This document shows, one piece after another, positions 54,866 through 64,000 of a stretch of 64,000 bases of DNA. The first letter of the stretch is position 1, and every line of letters starts with the position of its first letter. Position numbers and translations under genes: made by a program. The notes beneath the pieces were generated by a model, which was given only the letters and a program-made list of their open reading frames with translations, was not told the DNA's origin and made no database searches. The DNA is from an uncultured Acidobacteriota bacterium (lineage in GTDB: Bacteria; Acidobacteriota; Blastocatellia; RBC074), in assembly GCA_963796275.1 (NCBI GenBank), contig CAWCKY010000006.1, positions 1,312,001 through 1,376,000 of the forward strand. Reading direction: 5' to 3'.

Positions 54866-55240
54866 ATGCTCCCCCCTGCAACATCAGTTTCGTAATTTAC
54901 TGCTTCTGATTGATGAAAAGGGGCCGACTATACTACGTAACTTTTATCGCAACTTTTCTAAATCGCGACGATCTTAGCAGATATATTTAGTCATTGAGAA
55001 ATTGCTGGCTCGACATTTTTGAGGGCCACGAGCCTTTAAAACCTGCGACGATAATTGAATACGCAACCTTCGTGCCAGGTAATAGATTCCCAAGACAAAG
55101 CTGTAAGTTCCAAAGAAAGTGGTATTTATATAGTCGAACGAAGAGCGGTTGGGAATTTTGCTGTTGTTTAATGTCTGATACGGTTTACTTACTCACGATT
55201 TGGGATATGTCGGTTATCGACGATCAGGGGTGAGGTCAAT

Positions 55241-55729
55241 ATGTATTGTCCAAGATGTGGTAATCATCCGGCGACGGAGCGAGTACGATTCTGTCCGAGC
55301 TGCGGGTTACGATTGGATGGGGTCTTTGAACTGCTCGTGCGGGATGGTCACCCGGCAAATTCTTTTGTGATTCCGCCGGTCAAAGAGCCGTCACCGCGTA
55401 AGCGTGGAGTAAGGCAGGGAGCCAAGATGTGTTTTTTCAGCATCGTGTCGTTCCTGCCGTTTTTAGCTTTCTGTGTTGCTGTCGATAGCGGCGTCCCGAT
55501 GTTCCTGCCTGCGACCTCTTTTTTCGCCGGTATTTTTTGGATGCTCTATTACAGGCTGTTCGCGGACGAGTACGAGTTGCCGGTAAAAAATCTCCAGGCA
55601 GCTGCTCAGGTCGCGGCGCCGCCTGCCTACCGACCGCCGCCGCAATCCCTGCCGGGTTACCGGTCACCAGTAGAGCAACAACAGCAGAGCGTCGTCGAGA
55701 ATACGACGCGGTCATTGGGGAGCGAATAG
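55241..55729 (+). CDS. Zinc-ribbon, two-TM membrane protein (paralog of 18991..19476)
   Basis: CPRC...CPSC, two TM helices, Pro-rich linker and C-terminal SVVENTTRSL. Confidence 0.8.
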   Translation: MYCPRCGNHPATERVRFCPSCGLRLDGVFELLVRDGHPANSFVIPPVKEPSPRKRGVRQGAKMCFFSIVSFLPFLAFCVAVDSGVPMFLPATSFFAGIFWMLYYRLFADEYELPVKNLQAAAQVAAPPAYRPPPQSLPGYRSPVEQQQQSVVENTTRSLGSE

Positions 55730-55799
55730 CGCACAATTTCGCCAACTACTGCAGTTTTCAGATGAGTATTCAGGGTTTGAGGATTGCAGAGCGCTTTTG

Positions 55800-55980
55800 C
55801 GTGCGGTTGCTTGCAACCGCTTTGATAGTCGATTGCTTCACTACTTGCTTACGAGACAACTGAGTACTGAGCAATTCCTCAAATAACGGTGGTTGTGGAA
55901 GGCCATTGGGTGACTCTGTGAAAATCCGGATCGCGATATCTGACTAACAATACGGTTGCAAGCAAGCAACCGCACTCCGA
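55800..55980. repeat. Inverted REP-like pair (GTGCGGTTGCTTGCAACCGC family) between convergent genes
   Basis: GTGCGGTTGCTTGCAACCGCTTT ... CGGTTGCAAGCAAGCAACCGCACTCC. Confidence 0.65.
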
Positions 55981-56016
55981 ATGCTATTACTCAGCTGAAA
56001 ACCGTTATAACTGGCG

Positions 56017-57411
<1,395 letters not shown>

Positions 57412-57669
57412 TGCAGCACGAAGAAAGTCGAAAAAGAAATTATAGGGCGCAAAGAATATCCGGAATGATCGCGATCATGTCAAGAAAAACTCAGTGAAGT
57501 AAGGCAAAACCCGCAGCCGCAGAGGAGGGAGAGTTTAATGATTCCTCGATTTTTTTACTACCTCTCGCATCCGTCCCCTCGCCCGCGGTGACCGGCTTTC
57601 TTCCATAAACCTTGACACTTACCCCAGTACTGAGTTTTGATTGCCCGCACTGATCAGGGGGGGAAGATT

Positions 57670-58909
57670 ATGAAACCGACACGTCGAAACGTTTTGCGCA
57701 GCGGTCTCGGGATTGCTGCGATGATGGGCGCACCTGACATCTTGATTGCCGGGGATAAATCGGCTCATTCGGAGATCGATCAACCTATGAGAGAGGGAGC
57801 TAATGGATTGACAAAAGGAGACATTACGACACCAGCCTTGATTCTCGATCTCGACCTGCTCGAAGCGAACATCGAAAAAATGTCCAAACACGCGAAGGCG
57901 TCGAAGATCGATCTGCGGCCGCATGGGAAAACGCACAAGTGTCCGGAGATCGCGCTTCGCCAGATCAAGGCGGGAGCGATTGGTCTCAGCGTGGCGACGA
58001 TCAGGGAGGCCGAGGCGATGTCAGCCTCAGGTGTGAAAGGTCTGCTGATAACTTCGGAGTTGGTTGGCAAGCCCAAGATAGAACGACTCATAAAACTGGC
58101 GCGCAGGGCGACGGATACGATTGCGGTAGTCGATAATCCCGCCCACGCTCAGCAACTGAGCGAAGCGGCTGCTGCTGCCCGCATAAATTTAAATCTTTTG
58201 CTCGATGTCGACCCGGGCGGTAGACGCACCGGCGTCCAGCCCGGCGACGCCGCGGTCTCATTGGCGGAGAAGATAATTAAACTGCCTAACCTCAGGCTTC
58301 GCGGAATTCACGGCTATTCCGGAGCTTCGGCGCATGTCAGCGGGTTCGAGGAGCGTAAGAATCATTCGATCAAGGTCATGACGCCGATTATCGAGACCTT
58401 CACGCGCCTCAAGAAAATGGGTTTGCCGATGGAGATCATGTCCGGTGCAAGCACAGGCACATACAACATCGACACCGGACTCGAAGGGATGACTGAATTA
58501 CAGGTCGGTATCCTATGTCTTTATGGATGTCGAGTATCGCGGCATCGGTGGTAAAGGCGGGGCGGTTTATGACGACTTCGCGCCGTCGCTTACGGTTATG
58601 GCGACGGTTATCAGTAAGAATTATCCGGATCGTGCGACGATCGACGCCGGCATCAAAGCATTCGCGACCGATCGTGTGAAGCTCACTCCCGAGATCCGGG
58701 GAATCGATGGTGTCACGATGGGTTATGGAGGCGACGAACACGGTATTCTGACGCTCAATAATCCCGGACGCGATCTCAAGATCGGAGACCGCGTCGAATT
58801 TATCGCGCCGCATTGCGATCCCAACGTGAATTTGTACGACCGCATTTATTGCGTGCGAGGCGATAAAGTGATCGATATATGGCGTACCGTAGGGCGATAT
58901 GGTGATTAA
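57670..58909 (+). CDS. D-serine dehydratase/D-threonine aldolase (DSD1) family PLP enzyme with Tat leader, one frameshift
   Basis: TRRNVL, TPALILD, RPHGKTHK, STGT, ELQVG-SYVFMD (extra A at 58510), DAGIK, DEHG and HCDP motifs. Confidence 0.88.
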
Positions 58910-60320
58910 TACAGAAAAAGAGCGACTGACCGTCGCATTTCAGGGCGAGCAACCTTCCTTGCCGGCAGGGGTCAGCGCGATCGGCGTTGGCTCTTTCAAC
59001 TCCGGGTCGGCGATTCGTATTCTGCTTGAAATCTGGAAGACCGACTATCTGCTGGTTTTATTGCCGGGCGTGCCGTTAAAAGGGGGCGAGGGGGCGCTGG
59101 AGAGACTGGTCCGGGTTGCTGATGACACGGGCGCCGGAATGATCTATTGCGATTTTTCCGAAGAGAATGGAGATCAGCTGGTCGATCACCCGCTGATCGA
59201 TTATCAACCCGGCAGCATCCGCGATAACTTCGATTTCGGCTCGGTGTTGTTCTTTTCGCGCGATCAGGTCCTTAGGGCATTGCAGCAGCACGGCGAGGTC
59301 CCCCGGGATTTGAATTGGGGAGGGCTTTACGATCTACGTCTCAAGCTTTCCATTGATTCGTCTATTATTCGCCTACCGGAGCCGCTCTATACGCGGTCTG
59401 CCGCTCCTCAGAATGGGGGCGGCGAAAAAATTTTCGATTATGTGGACCCTCGTAATCGCGATTATCAAATTGAGATGGAGCGAATCGCGACCGGACACCT
59501 CAAGCGCATAGGCGCTTATATCGAGCCTGATTTCGCGCGTGTTCCGGAAACATCTGAGAGATTTCCAGTGAAGGCTAGCGTCATCATCCCGGTGCGCAAC
59601 CGGGTAAAGACGATTGCCGATGCGGTCAAAAGCGCGCTCAACCAGCGAACCGAATTTCCGTTCAATGTCATCGTCGTCGATAACCACTCGACCGATGGCA
59701 CATCGTATATCTTGCAGAAGCTTGCGGCATACGATGCGAAGTTGATTCCCATCGTCCCGGAGCGCAGCGATCTCGGCATTGGCGGCTGCTGGAACGAGGC
59801 GATCTACTCGGAGCATTGCGGACGGTACGTGGTACAGCTCGATTCCGATGATATTTATGCGGATAACGACGTTCTCGCTCGCATCGTCAATGAGTTTGAA
59901 CGGGGGCGTTACGCCATGGTCATCGGCTCATATACGATCGTAGATTTTGATATGAACGAGTTGCCTCCGGGGTTGATCGATCATCGCGAGTGGACGCGCG
60001 AGAACGGTCACAACAATGCGCTGCGAATCAACGGCCTCGGCGCTCCCCGGGCTTTCGACATGACCGTGTTGCGCGAGATAGGGTTACCGAATGTGAGTTA
60101 TGGAGAAGATTACGCCGTCGCCCTGCGCATCAGCCGTGAGTATGAGATCGGGAGGATTTACGACTCGATCTATTACGCGCGCCGCTGGTCGGGCAATTCG
60201 GACAACGTGCTGCCGCAGGCGACGATGAATCGCTATGACGCCTACAAGGATCGGTTGCGCACGATTGAGATTCTCGCCCGTCAAAAAATCAACTCGGATA
60301 AGCGGGGGCGTACCAGATGA
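58899..60320 (+). CDS. Glycosyltransferase family 2
   Basis: SVIIPVRNR, VVDNHSTDGT, QLDSDD, NGLGAPRAF and SYGEDYA motifs; degenerate GT-like N-terminal half. Confidence 0.9.
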   Translation: MVINTEKERLTVAFQGEQPSLPAGVSAIGVGSFNSGSAIRILLEIWKTDYLLVLLPGVPLKGGEGALERLVRVADDTGAGMIYCDFSEENGDQLVDHPLIDYQPGSIRDNFDFGSVLFFSRDQVLRALQQHGEVPRDLNWGGLYDLRLKLSIDSSIIRLPEPLYTRSAAPQNGGGEKIFDYVDPRNRDYQIEMERIATGHLKRIGAYIEPDFARVPETSERFPVKASVIIPVRNRVKTIADAVKSALNQRTEFPFNVIVVDNHSTDGTSYILQKLAAYDAKLIPIVPERSDLGIGGCWNEAIYSEHCGRYVVQLDSDDIYADNDVLARIVNEFERGRYAMVIGSYTIVDFDMNELPPGLIDHREWTRENGHNNALRINGLGAPRAFDMTVLREIGLPNVSYGEDYAVALRISREYEIGRIYDSIYYARRWSGNSDNVLPQATMNRYDAYKDRLRTIEILARQKINSDKRGRTR

Positions 60321-61288
60321 CCTGGGATGACCGAATTCTCGGCGACGCCGATCTCAAGCCATTTCAGCAAAAAGAGAAGAGTTTTGGCGCGCGCGTGCGT
60401 GGCCTGGTTGCGCAGCAACTTGAGACGTGGCCGATGCTCCGTGACGGCACCGCAGGTTTGGCCGAAGTCCGATACAAAAAACTGTCGGTGCGCGGATCCG
60501 ATGTGCTGGCGCAGTTCAATCCGAAGCGCATCATCAGTACCACGGCGCGCGTCGATTCCGCGACGATCGGGCAGCGTCCGTGTTTTCTCTGTCCCGCAAA
60601 CCTACCGCCGGAAGAGAAGGGAATTGAATTCGGCGAAGACTTGATCGTCTTGTGCAACCCCTTTCCGGTCCTGCGCGATCATCTGGTCGCTACCGCGCGC
60701 CGGCACATTCCGCAAGCGATTGAAGGAAACTTCAGCGTGCTGCTCGATCTAAGCCGGGAGCTGGGAGAGGAATGGTTCACGGTTTACAACGGACCGAAAT
60801 GCGGCGCCTCGGCCCCCGATCATCTGCATTTTCAGGCCTGCTCGCGCGAGATTCTGCCCATTATCAATGACATCGATCGCTGGGACCGGAAGCCCTTCCA
60901 TACCAGTTCAGCAGTCGAGTCTTTCACGCTTCGGAAGTATCGCGTTAATTCGATAATCGGACGCAGCAGCGAGCGCGAAACTCTGATCGGCTGGTTCGAT
61001 GGCGTGCTCAGACGGTTAGCGGGAGATGGCGACGAAGAGCCAATGATCAATCTGATCGTCACCTGTGATGAAAAAGCGGTATGGACAGTGATCGTCTTCC
61101 CGCGGAGCCGGCATCGGCCATCCTGTTATTATGCCGAGGGAGATGCAATGCTGACGGTCAGCCCGGCGGCGATCGACCTCGGCGGAGTCCTGGTCGTGCC
61201 GCAAGCCGATCACTTCGAACGCATCAGCGCGCAGGATGTCGAGCAAATTTATACTGAAGTGACATCTGAGATTGAATTTGGAATTTGA
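60317..61288 (+). CDS. DUF4922 protein (HIT-like nucleotide-sugar phosphorylase fold)
   Basis: QFNPKRIIST, RPCFLC, NPFP, YNGPKCGASAPDHLHFQ and SPAAIDLGG motifs. ATGA overlap with the GT2 gene. Confidence 0.85.
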   Translation: MTWDDRILGDADLKPFQQKEKSFGARVRGLVAQQLETWPMLRDGTAGLAEVRYKKLSVRGSDVLAQFNPKRIISTTARVDSATIGQRPCFLCPANLPPEEKGIEFGEDLIVLCNPFPVLRDHLVATARRHIPQAIEGNFSVLLDLSRELGEEWFTVYNGPKCGASAPDHLHFQACSREILPIINDIDRWDRKPFHTSSAVESFTLRKYRVNSIIGRSSERETLIGWFDGVLRRLAGDGDEEPMINLIVTCDEKAVWTVIVFPRSRHRPSCYYAEGDAMLTVSPAAIDLGGVLVVPQADHFERISAQDVEQIYTEVTSEIEFGI

Positions 61289-61481
61289 GATAAGGACGAA
61301 AATCAAAACCTCAAATTCCCTGACCGCAGAGGATTTTGTGGGCGCTTCGTTACGGAGCGCTGAAGGCGCGCCAGATAATAGCCATGGGGTTCACCCCTGT
61401 CAAACCAGCAAATTTAAAATATAAAATTTAAAATTCCAGATCTGCCCTCTGTGGCTGGAGTTCTCTCCTGGACATTCTTGT

Positions 61482-62861
61482 ATGGGATCAAAATTACAGA
61501 TGATCGACCGCGAGCCATCGATCTCGATCGGATTGATGACCGGCGTTCAAAAAGTAAACTTCGAGTTGAAAGGCAAGTTTGCCGGCAGCGATGGCGCACA
61601 ATTTAATGCTGGAAGTTATCGCGCGACGGTGGATTCTACTTCGATTGAAATAAGCGATTCCATCGGTAACCGGCTCGGCGTGTTTCCAGATTTTCAATGG
61701 GCGCCGGCCGATCCCGGTTTTTCCTTCGTAATTCACGACGTCCTGATCGGCATCGATTTTCACTGGGAGCGAAAAGAGGCCGAGGAGTTTCAAGGCAGGC
61801 TTCGAATCAAACTCGATTCGACCGCTGCTTCCTTGATCGTCATTAACGAAATCGCGGTTGAATCGTATCTGATCAGTGTGATCTCCTCCGAGATGAGCGC
61901 GGGCGCCCATCCCGAGTTGCTCAAGGCTCATTCGATAATTTCGCGGAGCTGGCTGTTGGCCCAGCTGGAGCAATGGAAAGGCCCACACCAGACGGCATCA
62001 GTTTCAGCGCAGCTTAGCCGCGATCCGAATCTATTGATTCGCTGGTATGATCGGGAAAATCATGCAGAGTTTGATATCTGTGCATATGATCATTGCCAGC
62101 GTTATCACGGGATCACCAAAGCCACTTCGCCGTCGGTATTCGAGGCTGTTCGATCGACTCACGGCCAGGTGCTGGCTTACGATGGGATGCTTTGTGATGC
62201 GCGTTATTCGAAATCATGCGGCGGCATGACTGAAAGCTATTCGGCCGCCTGGAATGATGAGGAGGTCCCTTACCTGGCGGTCTCCTATGACGGTGAATCA
62301 TTTCCCGTCGGATATAATTTGCCGTTGAGCGATGAGACTAATGCCGACGCGTGGATCCGCAATTCCCCACCCGCATTCTGTAACACAAACGATCGAAATA
62401 TCCTGAATAAGATTCTCCCTGATTTCGATCAGGAGACAACTGATTTCTATCGGTGGCGGGTGGTCTTAAAACAGGAAGGTTTGCAGGAATTGCTGCGCAA
62501 AAAGCTCGGGGTCGATTTCGGCGCCATCCTGCGTCTCGACCCGGTAGAGCGCGGCAGGTCGGGACGGATCGTCAAATTGATGATCGCGGGTGAACGGAAA
62601 ACGATGATCGTCGGTAAGGAGCTTGAGATCAGGCGGGCGCTTTCCCCCTCTCACCTTTACAGTTCGGCCTTCGTGGTAGAGAGCGGCGAAGATCATCCGC
62701 CATCGCATTTCACCTTGATCGGAGCGGGGTGGGGCCACGGCGTTGGCCTTTGTCAGATCGGTGCGGCGTTGATGGCGGAGCGGGGGTATAATAACAGGGA
62801 GATTCTGGCACATTATTATCGCGGGACTGAGCTGCAAACGCTTTATCAGGGCGATGAGTGA
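61482..62861 (+). CDS. SpoIID/LytB domain protein
   Basis: YLISVISSEM, LLKAH, HCQRYHG, SKSCGG, RGRSGR and GAGWGHGVGLCQIGA motifs; no obvious signal peptide. Confidence 0.9.
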   Translation: MGSKLQMIDREPSISIGLMTGVQKVNFELKGKFAGSDGAQFNAGSYRATVDSTSIEISDSIGNRLGVFPDFQWAPADPGFSFVIHDVLIGIDFHWERKEAEEFQGRLRIKLDSTAASLIVINEIAVESYLISVISSEMSAGAHPELLKAHSIISRSWLLAQLEQWKGPHQTASVSAQLSRDPNLLIRWYDRENHAEFDICAYDHCQRYHGITKATSPSVFEAVRSTHGQVLAYDGMLCDARYSKSCGGMTESYSAAWNDEEVPYLAVSYDGESFPVGYNLPLSDETNADAWIRNSPPAFCNTNDRNILNKILPDFDQETTDFYRWRVVLKQEGLQELLRKKLGVDFGAILRLDPVERGRSGRIVKLMIAGERKTMIVGKELEIRRALSPSHLYSSAFVVESGEDHPPSHFTLIGAGWGHGVGLCQIGAALMAERGYNNREILAHYYRGTELQTLYQGDE

Positions 62862-62925
62862 GAAAATTCAGGACCGAGGAATTGTTCTTCCTAAATCCCT
62901 GAACGAATTTTGCAGACCTTCTGTC

Positions 62926-62954
62926 GTTTGGAGTTCCGCGTTTACGCGGTCTTC
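62926..62954. repeat. Solo copy of the REP that forms the 7.6-kb array
   Basis: GTTTGGAGTTCCGCGTTTACGCGGTCTTC is the exact reverse complement of the right-hand REP in the array unit. Confidence 0.85.
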
Positions 62955-63004
62955 TCCGCGGCTGGAGTTACGTTTGGCACAGGGGTAATTAATCAATAAG
63001 AATA

Positions 63005-63274
63005 ATGACGAGCGATTTCTATCAAGTCGGATTGATAGATCGCCGGCGGTTACTTGCGGATGTGGGATTCTTCCGAAATGATCTGCGCATCTGGGCTCAT
63101 CCGGACGGGCGTGCTGTCGGCGAAGGCATAGCGTCCGCATTGACTGACGATGCATTCTATCGTTTCCTGAAGATCGATTTGCCGGTGAGAGCGGTTGACG
63201 AAGACGGACAAATAGACGAATCTTATCCTGAAAACGGAAACTCAAAGACGGGAACTAAGCACTCTACAATTTAA
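63005..63274 (+). CDS. Small hypothetical protein
   Basis: 89-aa ORF with protein-like composition filling the gap; no motif recognised. Confidence 0.45.
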   Translation: MTSDFYQVGLIDRRRLLADVGFFRNDLRIWAHPDGRAVGEGIASALTDDAFYRFLKIDLPVRAVDEDGQIDESYPENGNSKTGTKHSTI

Positions 63275-63324
63275 TATCGTAATCTTCCCCCGGTGCACCC
63301 GGAAAATATTCAGTGGAGGCAACT

Positions 63325-64000
63325 TTGAGAAGAACTGCTGCACTGCTAACGCTGTTATTCTGTCTATTGCTCATCGTTTCTTCTGCCCAGAGCCAGCGGT
63401 TTCCCTCGCGTGAGGAATTCAGACGTCCCAGGAACATGCCCAATGGTTCGAACAATATTGGCGAGTTCACCTTTGCGCGGCTGCGTTATGGTTCGGGGGT
63501 TTCCGCCTCCCGTTTTTATCGCCGGTCTCGCTGGGACACCGATCATCCGAAAGCCGACGAGCAATTCATCTATGGGTTGCGCAGTTGGGTTCGCAGCGGT
63601 CTCCGGATATCGGATGAACCTACAACCGTTTCACCTGAAGAGAAGGAAATTTTCCAGCTCCCATTCATCTATATTGTCGAGCCGGGATATATGGAGCTAT
63701 CAACAGAAGACGCGGCCAACCTGCGCGAATATCTGCTCCGAGGCGGGTTTCTGATGCTCGACGACTTCTGGGGCACATGGGAGTGGGAGAATGTGCGCGA
63801 GCAGATGCACAAAGTCTTTCCCGAATATCAGATCCGTAATCTCCCGCTCGATCATCCGGTCTTTCACTGCTATTTCGACATCGACGAAGTGCTTCAGGTT
63901 CCTCAAGTCGGTTATATTAACAGCGGCATAACATACGAACGGGACGGATATGTGCCTTACTACATGGGCATCAGTGACGAGAATGACCGGTTGATGGTCT
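63325..64000 (+). CDS. DUF4159 domain protein, partial (runs off the window)
   Basis: TTG start after GGAGG; signal peptide; [35 protein letters not shown] and LDHPVFH motifs. Not in the ORF track because there is no stop in the window. Confidence 0.85.
   Translation, partial: MRRTAALLTLLFCLLLIVSSAQSQRFPSREEFRRPRNMPNGSNNIGEFTFARLRYGSGVSASRFYRRSRWDTDHPKADEQFIYGLRSWVRSGLRISDEPTTVSPEEKEIFQLPFIYIVEPGYMELSTEDAANLREYLLRGGFLMLDDFWGTWEWENVREQMHKVFPEYQIRNLPLDHPVFHCYFDIDEVLQVPQVGYINSGITYERDGYVPYYMGISDENDRLMV

Overview
Bacterial chromosomal DNA with about 45 CDSs. Two Oar-type TonB-dependent receptors, DUF1501, DUF4159, TPR-CHAT and zinc-ribbon membrane proteins suggest Acidobacteriota, possibly Blastocatellia (inference). 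Housekeeping genes include pgi, fumC, rnhA, a thrC-like gene, bpt and a 42-codon ribosomal protein THX gene missing from the ORF track. There is a complete Hen1-Pnkp RNA repair pair set head-to-head with an HD (Mesh1/SAH-like) hydrolase and RNase HI, and a GT2-DUF4922-SpoIID module. The best candidate for an undescribed system is a three-gene operon at 9190-14454: a stripped-down fold-type-II PLP enzyme, a highly divergent soluble histidine kinase-like protein, and a large receiver-domain protein with an unrecognised output region. Intergenic spaces carry many different REP-like palindrome families, including a 109-bp BIME-like tandem array that is not a CRISPR. Five genes between 35.5 and 58.5 kb have single-base frameshifts that look like sequencing or assembly errors. 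I found no rRNA, tRNA, transposase, integrase or cas gene. All family calls come from motif recognition by eye, not database searches.
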